DNA of 64,000 nt from Thermodesulfobacteriota bacterium (GTDB taxonomy: Bacteria > Desulfobacterota > Desulfobulbia > Desulfobulbales > SURF-16), in assembly GCA_040755455.1 (NCBI GenBank), contig JBFMAY010000012.1, positions 24,274 to 88,273 on the forward strand. Reading direction: 5' to 3'. How positions within the stretch are numbered: the stretch's first letter is position 1; the number at the start of each line of letters is the position of its first letter. The translations under genes and the position numbers were made by a program. The notes under the pieces are model-generated. The model was not told the DNA's origin. It did no database searches and saw nothing but the letters and a program-made list of their open reading frames with translations. This document shows positions 10,160-22,023 of the stretch, one piece after another.

Positions 10160-10819
10160 ATGAAAGAAAACAAGAGGTGGTCAAAGATTGCATTAAGTGC
10201 TTTGGCTCTTGCAGCTGTTATCGGGACAGCAGGAATCATTTACGCATCAGGCGGTGACCCGCATGCTGCAGAAGCGGCGGGAGGGGCGCATGGTGCAGCC
10301 TCTTCCATGACAGGTCCGCATGGTGCCCTGTCTCCAGCAAAAATTAAGGATTTCGGCTGGCGGGTGATGAACTTCGCCGCCCTGATGATAATCCTGATCA
10401 AATTCCTGAAAAAACCGCTGGTTGATGCCCTAAAAGGCAGACAACAGGGTATTGCGGCGGAGTTTGAAGACCTTGAGACCCGTCGGGCCGATGCGGAACG
10501 CAATTACAAAGAATATGAAGGCAAACTCGCCGGTATTGATGATGAGTTGAAAAATATGGTTGAAAAGGCCATAGCCCAGGGCAAGGTTGAAAAAGAGCGG
10601 ATCATTGCCGAGGCGAACCGGGCGGCGGAGAACATTAAACGCCAGGCCCAAATGGCCGTGCTGAATGAAGTTGCCGAAGCCAAACGCCGCCTGAAAATAG
10701 AAATCGCCGAACAGGCGGCAATCATGGCGGAAGAAATCATCAAGAAGAATCTCCAGGACGCAGACCAGAACAAACTGGTTGAGGATTACCTGACCAAGTT
10801 GGGAGGTTTGAAAAAATGA
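10160..10819 (+). CDS. atpF: F0 ATP synthase subunit b with N-terminal signal-like and His/Ala/Gly-rich extension
   Basis: Start ATG 10160 (MKENKRW...). WRVMNFAALMIILIKFLKKP TM segment followed by a coiled coil. Confidence 0.92.
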   Translation: MKENKRWSKIALSALALAAVIGTAGIIYASGGDPHAAEAAGGAHGAASSMTGPHGALSPAKIKDFGWRVMNFAALMIILIKFLKKPLVDALKGRQQGIAAEFEDLETRRADAERNYKEYEGKLAGIDDELKNMVEKAIAQGKVEKERIIAEANRAAENIKRQAQMAVLNEVAEAKRRLKIEIAEQAAIMAEEIIKKNLQDADQNKLVEDYLTKLGGLKK

Positions 10820-11361
10820 AAAACGATATTTTGGCCAAACGTTACGCAAAGGCCTTGTTTGTGGTGGGTAAAGAGGAAAACGCCTTGGATGATTATGCCA
10901 AGACGCTGAAAGCCTTTGGGGAACTCTATACTACAGTTCCTGAGGTTCGCGATGGTTTGACAAACAGGATGTACCCCGCCGACGTTCGCGCGAAGGTCAT
11001 GGCTGAAATCGTAAAAAATGCGGGTGTTTCCCGGATTATGGGAAACTTCCTCAATTTACTGGCCGAAAAAAACCGGGCGAATGTGCTGCCTGAAATAGCT
11101 GCGTCATTTCAGGCCATGGTTGATGTGGAAAGAAACGTGTGCCAGGGTTTGGTGATAACCGCCAAGGCCATGGAGCCGGCGCTTTTGGATAAAGCAAAGC
11201 AAACTTTGGAAAAGATAACAGGCAAGCAGGTTGTTTTGAAAACCCAGATTGATACATCCATTATAGGCGGTATGGTAGCCAAAGTTGGTGATATCATTTT
11301 GGATGGCAGCATCAAAACGCAGCTTGAGGGTTTAAAAGAGTCCATTAAAGGGAGTGAATAG
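10816..11361 (+). CDS. atpH: ATP synthase delta subunit
   Basis: AKRYAKALF, NFLNLLAEKNR and IIGGMVAKVGDIILDGSI. Confidence 0.96.
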   Translation: MKNDILAKRYAKALFVVGKEENALDDYAKTLKAFGELYTTVPEVRDGLTNRMYPADVRAKVMAEIVKNAGVSRIMGNFLNLLAEKNRANVLPEIAASFQAMVDVERNVCQGLVITAKAMEPALLDKAKQTLEKITGKQVVLKTQIDTSIIGGMVAKVGDIILDGSIKTQLEGLKESIKGSE

Positions 11362-11364
11362 GCA

Positions 11365-12888
11365 ATGCAGATTAAAGCTGAAGAAATCAGTCAGATTATC
11401 AAGGGACAGATCAAAGACTACGAAACGAAGGTTGATCTGAGTGAAACTGGAACCGTAATTTCAGTTGGTGATGGTATTGCGCGTGTCCACGGTGTTGAAA
11501 AATGCATGGCCATGGAGCTCCTGGAGTTCCCGAACGGCATCCTCGGCCTCGCCCTCAACCTGGAGCAGGACAACGTCGGTTGCGCCATCTTCGGTGAGGT
11601 TAAGCACATCAAGGAAGGCGATATCGTCAAAAGAACAGGAAGAATCGCCGAGGTTCCGGTTGGACCGGAAGTTGAAGGCCGGGTTATTGATGGTGTTGGT
11701 AAACCCATTGACGGCCAGGGTCCGATCAACGCCAAAAAATTCTCGAAAATGGAAGTTCTGGCCCCTGGTGTTATCGCCAGAAAAGGCGTGCATGAGCCAT
11801 GCTATACCGGCAGTAAGGCGGTTGACGCCATGACCCCGGTTGGACGCGGTCAGCGCGAGCTGGTCATCGGCGATCGCCAGATTGGCAAAACCGCCCTCTG
11901 TGTTGACGCGATCATTGCTCAGAAAGAAACAGATGTGCACTGTATTTATGTGGCCATCGGCCAGAAGAAATCAACCGTAGCCCTGGTTGTTGAGGCCCTG
12001 AGAAAACATGGCGCCATGGAGTACACCACCGTTGTAGCAGCCTGCGCCTCTGATCCCGCGCCGATGCAGTACGTGGCCGCGTTTACCGGTTGCGCCATCG
12101 GTGAGTATTACCGGGACAACGGCATGCACGCCCTGATCATCTACGATGACCTTTCCAAACAGGCTGTATCCTACCGTGAGTTGTCTCTGCTGCTGCGCCG
12201 TCCGCCAGGACGTGAGGCCTATCCCGGTGACATTTTCTTCAACCATTCACGCCTGCTTGAGCGTGCCTCGAAGGTAAATGACGCACTTGGCGCAGGCTCG
12301 CTGACCGCTCTGCCGATCATTGAGACCCAGGCCGGTGACGTATCAGCCTTTATTCCGACAAACGTTATTTCCATTACCGATGGCCAGGTATACCTGGAAC
12401 CGAACCTTTTCTTCTCAGGTGTCCGTCCGGCGATCAACGTTGGTCTTTCCGTATCAAGGGTTGGTGGTGCGGCGCAGGTAAAGGCGATGAAACAGGTTGC
12501 CGGTACCCTTCGTCTGGACCTTGCCCAGTATCGTGAGCTTGCCGCCTTTGCCGGCTTCGGTTCCGATCTTGACGCTGCGACCCAGGCCCAGCTGACCCGC
12601 GGCGCCCGGCTGGTTGAAATTCTGAAACAACCCCAGTACCAGCCGCTGCCCATGGAAAAACAGGTAACCATTATTTTCGCCGGCACCAAAGGGTACCTTG
12701 ATAAGCTGCCGCTCAACACCCTGGCAGATTACGAGCAGGACCTGTATGCCTATGTAGCGAGCAACGAACCTGCCATATTTGACACCTTGAAGGAAAAGAA
12801 GATCATTGACAAGGCTCTTGAGGAAAAAATGCACAGCACCATCAAGGCCTTTACCGAGACATTCAAGGCATCTAAAGGAATTCAATAA
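11365..12888 (+). CDS. atpA: ATP synthase F1 alpha subunit
   Basis: GDRQIGKT Walker [13 protein letters not shown] and [11 protein letters not shown]. Confidence 0.99.
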   Translation: MQIKAEEISQIIKGQIKDYETKVDLSETGTVISVGDGIARVHGVEKCMAMELLEFPNGILGLALNLEQDNVGCAIFGEVKHIKEGDIVKRTGRIAEVPVGPEVEGRVIDGVGKPIDGQGPINAKKFSKMEVLAPGVIARKGVHEPCYTGSKAVDAMTPVGRGQRELVIGDRQIGKTALCVDAIIAQKETDVHCIYVAIGQKKSTVALVVEALRKHGAMEYTTVVAACASDPAPMQYVAAFTGCAIGEYYRDNGMHALIIYDDLSKQAVSYRELSLLLRRPPGREAYPGDIFFNHSRLLERASKVNDALGAGSLTALPIIETQAGDVSAFIPTNVISITDGQVYLEPNLFFSGVRPAINVGLSVSRVGGAAQVKAMKQVAGTLRLDLAQYRELAAFAGFGSDLDAATQAQLTRGARLVEILKQPQYQPLPMEKQVTIIFAGTKGYLDKLPLNTLADYEQDLYAYVASNEPAIFDTLKEKKIIDKALEEKMHSTIKAFTETFKASKGIQ

Positions 12889-12905
12889 ATCTGGAGTAAC
12901 GAGTC

Positions 12906-13787
12906 ATGCCGAGTCTAAAAGATGTCAAAATGAAGATCACTGGTGTCAAGAAGACAGCCCAGATCACCAAGGCCATGAATATGGTTTCTGCGGCCAAGTT
13001 GAGGGGCGCCCAGATGAAGATGGAGTCTTTCCGTCCATATGCCGGGAAATTCGATGAAGCGCTGCGCACCATCAGCGGCAATATGAAGGCCGCACAGTTT
13101 GCCTTAATGCAGGATCGCGAGGTAAAAACTGTCGAGCTGCTAGTTGTTACATCGGATCGAGGCCTTTGCGGCAGCTTCAACTCGAATATCATCAAAATGG
13201 CTGAAAAGCTGATGAATAAACTTGAGGCTGCTGGGAAAAAAGTAACACTCGTCTGTGTCGGTAAAAAATCAACCCGCTACTTTCGTAAAACCGGGAAGAT
13301 ACGCGCGAAATATGTTGATATCATGGGTAACTTCCAGATGTTCAATGCCCGGGCGATTGCTCAGGATATCGCTGCTAACTTCATTGCCGGCGGTTCTGAT
13401 GAGGTAAAGCTTATATATGGCAGCTTCAAAAGCGTCGCAAGACAGGTACCGACAACATTGCCTTTCCTGCCGGTAAAATCTGTAACAGCAGAGGATGCGA
13501 CAACTGCGGCCAAGACCGGACAGACTGGTGCGTATATCTATGAGCCAAGTACAGAGGAGATTATGGATGTTCTTCTTCCCCTGTATACAAATGTTATGGT
13601 TTACAATGCCATGCTTGAGGTCGGCGCCAGCGAGCATGCCGCCCGTATGACGGCCATGGACAATGCGACCAAGGCTTGTAAAGATATCATCAGTAACCTG
13701 ACAATGGTATACAACAAGGCCCGCCAGGCAGCAATCACCGGCGAGCTCATGGATATTGTAGGTGGTGCTGAAGCACTGAAAGGATAA
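12906..13787 (+). CDS. atpG: ATP synthase F1 gamma subunit
   Basis: QITKAMNMVSAAK, SDRGLCGSFN, SEHAARMTAM and RQAAITGEL. Confidence 0.99.
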   Translation: MPSLKDVKMKITGVKKTAQITKAMNMVSAAKLRGAQMKMESFRPYAGKFDEALRTISGNMKAAQFALMQDREVKTVELLVVTSDRGLCGSFNSNIIKMAEKLMNKLEAAGKKVTLVCVGKKSTRYFRKTGKIRAKYVDIMGNFQMFNARAIAQDIAANFIAGGSDEVKLIYGSFKSVARQVPTTLPFLPVKSVTAEDATTAAKTGQTGAYIYEPSTEEIMDVLLPLYTNVMVYNAMLEVGASEHAARMTAMDNATKACKDIISNLTMVYNKARQAAITGELMDIVGGAEALKG

Positions 13788-13822
13788 TAAAAAATTTCGG
13801 AGTGGAGGCACCCACCTCTTAA

Positions 13823-15280
<1,458 letters not shown>

Positions 15281-15357
15281 TTTATTTTTTATATTACGCA
15301 ATTATATTATTGAATGTGCTCCCCACTCGGAGCTACAACAAGTCAAGGTAAAGACCA

Positions 15358-15777
15358 ATGGCTGAATCAATACATTTAGAAGTTGTCACACCATCAGGTC
15401 CTGTAGTCAGCGATGATGTCGATATCGTCAGTGCCCCTGGGTACGGAGGTGATTTTGGCGTGCTGGCTAATCATGCCCCTTTTCTGAGTACCATTAAGAT
15501 TGGGAGCCTGGTCTATAAGAAGGATGGCAAGGAGAACTACCTGATGGTGAGCGGTGGCTTCTGCGAAGTATCGAACAATAAAATCACCTTTCTCGTAGAA
15601 TCTGCCGAGGCAGGGCAACAGATTGATGTCAATCGTGCCCTACGGGCCAAAGAAAGGGCTGAAAAACGTATTGCAGAAGCAAAATCTCAGACAGAAAAAA
15701 TCAATATGGCCCGCGCCCAGGCTGCATTGCAACGGGCCATTGCCCGCTTGAAAGTTGCGGAAAAGCAACCCAAGTAA
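15358..15777 (+). CDS. atpC: ATP synthase epsilon subunit
   Basis: [22 protein letters not shown] and a C-terminal helical hairpin. Confidence 0.97.
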   Translation: MAESIHLEVVTPSGPVVSDDVDIVSAPGYGGDFGVLANHAPFLSTIKIGSLVYKKDGKENYLMVSGGFCEVSNNKITFLVESAEAGQQIDVNRALRAKERAEKRIAEAKSQTEKINMARAQAALQRAIARLKVAEKQPK

Positions 15778-15791
15778 TCATTTTTCTCTTA

Positions 15792-15831
15792 CAATAAAAA
15801 AAGGCCGCCCAAGGGCGGCCTTTTTTTATTG
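15792..15831. terminator. Bidirectional intrinsic terminator between atpC and cheX
   Basis: caataaaaaaaGGCCGCC-caag-GGCGGCCtttttttattg: a perfect inverted repeat with T tracts on both strands. Confidence 0.92.
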
Positions 15832-15842
15832 TCCCTGCCAGC

Positions 15843-16319
15843 TTATTTGTTCTTCCCCCCCAGATTTGCTTCAATGACGAAATCGCCATGCTCCGTACTG
15901 AAAGGGATGACGAGAGTAGGCGCGTCGGAATAGTAGGAAATTTCGACATTCTTGCCAACCACCATTGTTGGTGTGGCCAGGTTAAACTTGTAATCCAGCT
16001 TGGCAAGCTGAGCCTTGGCCCCGCCACAGATCATATTCGTCAGCTCGCCGACCGCATCCACGATCTCATCATCAACTTTTGCTTTCGGCGGCTCCATCAA
16101 CATATTCGCCACGACGTGCAGAATACATTTTTCGGAAAAGCTGAGAATCATGCATCCGGCAATTTCATCCGAGACCATGCCGATAATGCCGGTGACTTCA
16201 CCATAGGTCAGTGAATTATCCTTCAGGCTGGGTTTTTTGGGTTTAACCTGGGTCTGGCACATGGTTTCCAAGACGTTTTTAGCAGCATTTAAGAACGGAT
16301 TTATGAATTCAGCTTTCAT
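15843..16319 (-). CDS. cheX: CheX chemotaxis phosphatase (CheC/CheX family)
   Basis: MKAEFINPFL start and DAVGELTNMICG (E-x-x-N catalytic motif). Confidence 0.9.
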   Translation of the reverse strand: MKAEFINPFLNAAKNVLETMCQTQVKPKKPSLKDNSLTYGEVTGIIGMVSDEIAGCMILSFSEKCILHVVANMLMEPPKAKVDDEIVDAVGELTNMICGGAKAQLAKLDYKFNLATPTMVVGKNVEISYYSDAPTLVIPFSTEHGDFVIEANLGGKNK

Positions 16320-16591
16320 CGGCTATCCTGTATAGTGATATGCAAGGGCAAGGGGAATTTTGACAGCAGAAATAGAACAAATCCATATTATTAAAAGATT
16401 ATAGCACAACACTTGCAGGATTCTCAACGCGCATAATAATAAAAATGATAATTTATAAAACCAGGTGGCATAAGTTCAGTTATGGGGACTTGAAATGATC
16501 CTATAAACATATTAAATAGGTAACAATTTAAAATTCCAGGTAAATAAGTAGAAATACCTAGCAAAACAGCTATTGATAAGGAGAATTTTTC

Positions 16592-18001
16592 ATGAAGCCC
16601 AAAGAGCGTCTTGCCATCCCCAGGCAAAAAGCGCCTGAACTTGATGTTGCTTCCCGGATAACAAATTTTGCCGAAGTTTGTCAGGGATATGACGAAAAAA
16701 CCGCCATTGACGAAGCAAACCGCTGCCTGCAGTGTAAGAAACCCACCTGCCGGCAAGGATGCCCGATCAACAACAATATTCCCGGATTCATAGAACATCT
16801 GCGCAACGGCAGATTTGCCGAGGGCTACTGGACCATTCGTGAAACAAGCTCCCTGCCCGCTGTCTGCTCAAGGGTTTGCCCCCACGAATTTCAGTGCGAA
16901 GGATCATGCATCCGGGGGAAAAAAGGAGATCCGGTTGCCATCGGCCTGCTGGAACGTTTTCTGGTGGACTGGATGGTCAGCAACAAGAAAAATTTGTCGA
17001 TCGCCTGCGCCCTGCCCAAGGACAAGAAAGTGGCGATCATCGGCTCGGGTCCAGCGGGGATGACGGCGGCCTATCATCTTGCCCATGAAGGTTATCAGTG
17101 CACGATATTTGAAAGTCTACCCGTGTTCGGCGGCATGCTCGCCGTGGGCATTCCCCCGTACCGGTTGCCCCGGGACATCATCAATGCGGAATTCGATGCA
17201 TTAAAAAATTGTGGCGTAACCGTGGTCAATAATTTTACCATAGGCAAAGACCTGACCATGCAGCAGCTGAAGGATGAAAAAGGTTTTGCTGCGGTTTTTG
17301 TCAGCGTGGGAGCCCATAACAGCCGCAAACTCGGCATCGAGGGGGAGGACCTGGAAGGAGTCACCCATGGAGTTGACTATCTGCGCCGGGTCTGCCTGGG
17401 AGAGAAAATTAATCTGGGCAGCAAGGTCGTCGTTGTCGGGGGCGGTAATGTGGCGATTGACGTGGCCAGGACGGCACTGCGAACAGGATCGAAAGATGTC
17501 TTTATTCTCTATCGACGGACAAAACAGGAAATGCCGGCCTCCATGGCGGAAATTCATCATCTTGAGGAGGAAGGTGTTCATGTTGAATTCCTGGCTGCAC
17601 CTGTTAAAATACATGGTGAAAACGGCAGACTGACCAAGGTTGAATGCCAGCGCATGACCTTAGGGGAATGTGACACATCAGGCCGGTGCCGGCCGGTGGT
17701 TATAGAGGGGTCGAACTTCATGATTGAGGCCGACGCCATCATCCCGGCAATCAGCCAGAATGTGGACCACACCGCGGACCGCAACCTGAATATTGAGCTG
17801 ACAAGATGGGGAACCTATGTGGTGGACCCGTTTACCCTGCAGACCTCTGTGCCATGGATATTTTCCGGTGGCGACTCCGTTCTGGGTCCCCAGACAGCCG
17901 CCAAGGCCGTCTATCAAGGAAAAGTTGCAGCAGAATCAATAAAACTGTATTTAGAAGGGAAAGACCTGAAAGAAGGGCGCAATGTACGAATCTTATCATA
18001 A
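16592..18001 (+). CDS. GltD/SudA/NfnB-like NAD(P)H-dependent Fe-S flavoprotein oxidoreductase
   Basis: CLQCKKPTCRQGCP and CSRVCPHEFQCEGSC cluster motifs; IGSGPAG (FAD); GGGNVAID and YRRT (NADPH type). No gltB or nfnA/sudB partner nearby. Confidence 0.88.
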   Translation: MKPKERLAIPRQKAPELDVASRITNFAEVCQGYDEKTAIDEANRCLQCKKPTCRQGCPINNNIPGFIEHLRNGRFAEGYWTIRETSSLPAVCSRVCPHEFQCEGSCIRGKKGDPVAIGLLERFLVDWMVSNKKNLSIACALPKDKKVAIIGSGPAGMTAAYHLAHEGYQCTIFESLPVFGGMLAVGIPPYRLPRDIINAEFDALKNCGVTVVNNFTIGKDLTMQQLKDEKGFAAVFVSVGAHNSRKLGIEGEDLEGVTHGVDYLRRVCLGEKINLGSKVVVVGGGNVAIDVARTALRTGSKDVFILYRRTKQEMPASMAEIHHLEEEGVHVEFLAAPVKIHGENGRLTKVECQRMTLGECDTSGRCRPVVIEGSNFMIEADAIIPAISQNVDHTADRNLNIELTRWGTYVVDPFTLQTSVPWIFSGGDSVLGPQTAAKAVYQGKVAAESIKLYLEGKDLKEGRNVRILS

Positions 18002-18029
18002 GCTGTGGGGAAAGCCTTAACGAGGTCCT

Positions 18030-19703
18030 ATGACCGTATTTTTCAGCAAGAAAGAAAAAATCGGCGAACTTCTCGTCCGCCAGCGCAAACTGCAACCAAA
18101 CCAGCTCGAGCGGGCGCTCACCCACCTTGAATCAGTGCCCCAGGGACTGGGAGAAATCCTGGTTTCCCTCGGTTTCATCAGTGAGGAAGACCTGCTGCTC
18201 GGTCTTGCCGAACAACTCTCACTGAGCATCTATGCCCCTCAGGAGGAAGATTCCTTTCTCCCCATCAACATCGCCAAAATCTTTCTCCGGGATCACCCCT
18301 TCGCCCTGATCAGGCGGGGAGAAAAAAATATCCTCATCTGCCACGATCCCCTGGATGGAGATATCCTTTCCACCACGGAAATTCAGCTGAACGAGCCTTT
18401 TGAAATCCAGCTCGCCCTTGAAACCGATGTCAAAAAAATGGTGGACGAGCATTATGATCTCGGCCTCAAGGAGCTGGAAACGGAGAAATACGTCATTGAC
18501 GAGGCAGACATCGACAAGCTGAAGGATATGGCTTCCGAGGCCCCGGTCATCAAATATGTGAACAACCTGATTGATACGGGGGTAAACCGCCGGGCCAGCG
18601 ATATTCACATCGAATCATTCGAGGGTGGACAGCTGATTCGCTTCCGCATCGACGGCATTCTCCACGACTTTGAAATGCCGCCGTTATCCATGCAGGCGGC
18701 CATCATATCAAGAATAAAACTGCTGGCCGCGCTCGACATCGCGGAAAGACGGATTCCCCAGGACGGCAAGATTTCCATGCGCATCGGCGGCAAGGAGATC
18801 GACCTGCGCGTCTCGACCATGCCCACCGTGTATGGGGAAGGGGTGGTTATCCGCATCCTGGAAAAAGGATCCATCATCCTTGACATGGGTCATCTGGGCA
18901 TGGGGGAGGAGATCGAGAAGCAATTCAAACAGCTGATCTCCTATCCAAACGGCATCATCCTGGTCACCGGACCCACCGGCAGCGGCAAGACAACAACCCT
19001 TTATTGCGCCTTAAACCAGATCAATACAGGCAACAATAAAATCATCACCCTGGAAGATCCGGTGGAATACCAGCTGAAAGGTATCAACCAGACTCAGGTA
19101 CGCCCGGAAATCGGCCTCACCTTTGCCAAAGGGCTCCGCTCCATCGTGCGCCAGGACCCGGATATCATCATGGTAGGCGAGATAAGGGATCTGGATACGG
19201 CGGAAATAGCCGTCCAGTCATCCCTGACTGGTCATCTGGTATTCTCCACCCTGCACACCAATGATGCCCTTTCCGCCGTCACCCGCCTCATCGACATCGG
19301 GGTGGAAAGCTTCCTCATCTCCTCCGCCCTGCGCGGCGTACTCGCCCAACGCCTGGTCCGCCGTATCTGCCAGCAATGCAGTGCCATGCAGGGGCGGATT
19401 TCCGAGCACCTTGGTTATATGCCCGAAGGCGAGGACTTTGACATGTATACCGGCTCCGGCTGTTCCGGCTGTTCCGGCAGCGGCTACAGCGGCCGTATCG
19501 GCATTTACGAACTGCTCGTCATGAGCGATGCCATGTGCCGGGCAGTGGCCAAAAGAAAAGATCTGGGCGAGCTGAAAAAAATCGCCGTTGCCGAGGGCTT
19601 CAAGGAGATGTTCCATGACGGCTTGCTGAAAATCAAAGAGGGCAAAACAACCCTCGCCGAAGTCATCCGGGTAAGCAGAGGAGCAACGAATGCCGCTCTT
19701 TAA
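18030..19703 (+). CDS. gspE: Type II secretion ATPase GspE (PulE/PilB family)
   Basis: RASDIHIE, GPTGSGKTTT, EDPVEY, RQDPDIIMVGEIRD, TGHLVFSTLH and a Zn tetracysteine; degenerate MshEN N-terminus. Confidence 0.93.
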   Translation: MTVFFSKKEKIGELLVRQRKLQPNQLERALTHLESVPQGLGEILVSLGFISEEDLLLGLAEQLSLSIYAPQEEDSFLPINIAKIFLRDHPFALIRRGEKNILICHDPLDGDILSTTEIQLNEPFEIQLALETDVKKMVDEHYDLGLKELETEKYVIDEADIDKLKDMASEAPVIKYVNNLIDTGVNRRASDIHIESFEGGQLIRFRIDGILHDFEMPPLSMQAAIISRIKLLAALDIAERRIPQDGKISMRIGGKEIDLRVSTMPTVYGEGVVIRILEKGSIILDMGHLGMGEEIEKQFKQLISYPNGIILVTGPTGSGKTTTLYCALNQINTGNNKIITLEDPVEYQLKGINQTQVRPEIGLTFAKGLRSIVRQDPDIIMVGEIRDLDTAEIAVQSSLTGHLVFSTLHTNDALSAVTRLIDIGVESFLISSALRGVLAQRLVRRICQQCSAMQGRISEHLGYMPEGEDFDMYTGSGCSGCSGSGYSGRIGIYELLVMSDAMCRAVAKRKDLGELKKIAVAEGFKEMFHDGLLKIKEGKTTLAEVIRVSRGATNAAL

Positions 19704-20913
19704 ATACTCGGCACTGGACAACGAAAATGCGGTGAAGGAAGGGGTGGTGGAGGAGACCGACAAAGCCACCGCAGCAAAAAAACTGATGGAGCAGGGTATC
19801 CGCCCCCTGGAAATCAGGGCATACAGTCCAGGCAGCAAAAACCAGATCAGCCTGCCCCATTTTCTCAATTTCCGGAGAGACAAGATAACCCGGGTGGAAA
19901 TTGATTTTTTCACCAAGCAGATTGCCATGCTGCTCAATGCCGGCCTGTCCCTTGACGGGGCATTGCGGGTCATGAAGAACCACAGTCAGAAACCGGCCTT
20001 CAAGGAATTCTGCGGCGCGATTGAAAGAAAGCTCAAAGAGGGGAAATCATTTTCCCAGGCCCTGGCTGATTTCCCCTATTTCACCCCCATGTACATCAAT
20101 ATCACCAGGGCCGGGGAAGAAGGCGGCATTCTGCCCGCCATGCTGATGAAAATTTCTGAATACCAGTCAACTTTTCAGGAACTGCGGCAGTTTATCATCT
20201 CGGCCTCTGTTTATCCCATTATCCTGCTTGTGGTCGGTATTATTGCCATCGTCATCCTCATCACCACCATCCTGCCCAGGTTCGAGGTACTTTTTCAGGG
20301 GATGGGGCAGCAGCTTCCGGCCCATGTGGCCGTCATGATGAGTGTTGCCGGCTTTGTCTCCAACCACTTTATCATCGCCCTGCTGCTTGTTGTCGGCCCG
20401 GTTGCTCTCCTCGTCTGGTATCTGAAACACCCGGAGGGCAAAAAATTCTACCACCGGCAGTCCCTCAAAATACCGGTGCTGTCAGGGTTTATCTGTGAGC
20501 TTGAGACAACCCGAATTTTCCGCACCCTGGAAGTTCTGGTAAACAACGGGGTGCACCTGGCCACCGCCCTGCGCATTTGCACCGGCATCGCCGTCAATGA
20601 GCAGTTCCAGAATCTGCTGTACCGGGCCACCGAGGCCCTGAAGGAGGGCCAGCGGGTCAGCGCCAAACTCAAAGGTGAGGCATTGCTGCCGTCACTGGCG
20701 GTGGATCTCCTCGCCATCGGTGAGGAATCGGGCCGGGTAGGGGAGGTGTGCGGCCAGATAGCCGATCATTATGACCAGGAGTTGCGCAGCCGGATTAAAA
20801 GACTGATCTCGCTCATAGAACCGGCTTTTATCCTCGCCATTGCCCTGGTGGCCGGTTATGTGGTTGTCTCCATGCTGACGGTTATCTTGAGCATCAATGA
20901 TATCGCAGGCTGA
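19690..20913 (+). CDS. gspF: Type II secretion inner membrane platform protein GspF
   Basis: Two GspF repeats (AGEEGG, IGEESG), YP and EP motifs, three TM segments. Confidence 0.93.
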   Translation: MPLFKYSALDNENAVKEGVVEETDKATAAKKLMEQGIRPLEIRAYSPGSKNQISLPHFLNFRRDKITRVEIDFFTKQIAMLLNAGLSLDGALRVMKNHSQKPAFKEFCGAIERKLKEGKSFSQALADFPYFTPMYINITRAGEEGGILPAMLMKISEYQSTFQELRQFIISASVYPIILLVVGIIAIVILITTILPRFEVLFQGMGQQLPAHVAVMMSVAGFVSNHFIIALLLVVGPVALLVWYLKHPEGKKFYHRQSLKIPVLSGFICELETTRIFRTLEVLVNNGVHLATALRICTGIAVNEQFQNLLYRATEALKEGQRVSAKLKGEALLPSLAVDLLAIGEESGRVGEVCGQIADHYDQELRSRIKRLISLIEPAFILAIALVAGYVVVSMLTVILSINDIAG

Positions 20914-20959
20914 CAGACGAATATGGTACGGCAATGAACAGGAAATATCCCTGGGACAA

Positions 20960-21397
20960 ATGAAAAAGAGATTTGCGGGAGATGCCGGCTCCGCCGGATT
21001 TTCACTTTTTGAACTGCTCATCGTGCTGGTAATGCTGGGAATTCTGGCAGGCATTGCCGCCCCTGCAGTGGGAAGGCTCCTGGCAGGGCTAGATTTCAGA
21101 CAGCAGGTGGGTGACGTTATGTCGCAAATCCGGGCAATTCGCCTGCAGGCGGTTGTCTCGGGGCAACAAATAACAATGAGCATAAAGGACAACAATCTCC
21201 TGCTCGGCCTGGGCAAAGACGAACAGGAGGTGAAAGAGCTGGATCTCAATCCTGAAAGCGAGCTGACCCTGGACCCCAGCGTGGTTATTTTCACGCCCCA
21301 GTCAACCGTAACCCCGGCGACCATATCTTTGTCCACAGGCAGCAGGAGCCGGACGATCAGCCTAGACCCGCTCACGGCCCTGCCGGTGATCCGCTAA
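20960..21397 (+). CDS. gspH: Minor pseudopilin, GspH-like
   Basis: Class III signal G|FSLFELLIVLVMLGILAGIAAP; probable start ATG 20960. Confidence 0.75.
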   Translation: MKKRFAGDAGSAGFSLFELLIVLVMLGILAGIAAPAVGRLLAGLDFRQQVGDVMSQIRAIRLQAVVSGQQITMSIKDNNLLLGLGKDEQEVKELDLNPESELTLDPSVVIFTPQSTVTPATISLSTGSRSRTISLDPLTALPVIR

Positions 21398-21405
21398 GTA
21401 AACTG

Positions 21406-22023
21406 ATGGAAATGCATAACAACGTTCATGGAGACTGGCGAAAGAGACAGCTTGTCGTGACAGCGCCTTATTCCCCCGGCATGGCAGGACAGCAGGGATT
21501 CACCCTGTTTGAGGTGATGGTCGCCATATTCCTGCTGGCCATGGTCTCCTCTATGATCTACTCCATCTTGAATGTCAGTATCCGGTTTTCCGAAAAAGCT
21601 GAAAAAAGCATCCTGCTGCTTGAGCGGGAGCAGGGCCTGATCGGTATCCTGCAACGCCAGATAAAAAACGGCTGGTATGACGGGCAGAAGAAGGAGGTGG
21701 CCATTGCCGCGGATGACACCATGCTGCGCATCGTGACCCGGGCGCCTCTTCTCTACCCGCTTGCCGGGGTGGTGTTAGCCGTGTATCGCTATGACCCGGA
21801 GAGCGCCACCCTCTATTATCTGGAAAAAAGAGATTTTTATAACATCGATTATGACGCCGAGTATGTTCCTCCCTATGAGGACATGCAGGTGCTGGTTGAA
21901 AATTGCCTGCCCCTGTCCTTTGCTTATGAGGAGGACAGCAGTGCTGTGACAGTGCTCTATGATGACAGGGAATTCTCTTTTACCCCTTGGTGCCAGGTGG
22001 AAACACGAACAGATGCGATTTAG
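21406..22023 (+). CDS. gspJ: Minor pseudopilin, GspJ-like
   Basis: QQG|FTLFEVMVAIFLLAMV prepilin motif; the start may be 21481. Confidence 0.72.
   Translation: MEMHNNVHGDWRKRQLVVTAPYSPGMAGQQGFTLFEVMVAIFLLAMVSSMIYSILNVSIRFSEKAEKSILLLEREQGLIGILQRQIKNGWYDGQKKEVAIAADDTMLRIVTRAPLLYPLAGVVLAVYRYDPESATLYYLEKRDFYNIDYDAEYVPPYEDMQVLVENCLPLSFAYEEDSSAVTVLYDDREFSFTPWCQVETRTDAI

Noticed and set aside
16430..16460. Fur-like AATGATAAT upstream of the GltD-like gene, and the CATAATTAT tandem at 9686-9703
   Set aside because: Only partial matches in very AT-rich DNA; I cannot distinguish them from background.
16592..18001. Calling this gene dsrL
   Set aside because: At 469 aa it lacks the C-terminal linker and ferredoxin domain of DsrL, and it is not beside dsr genes.
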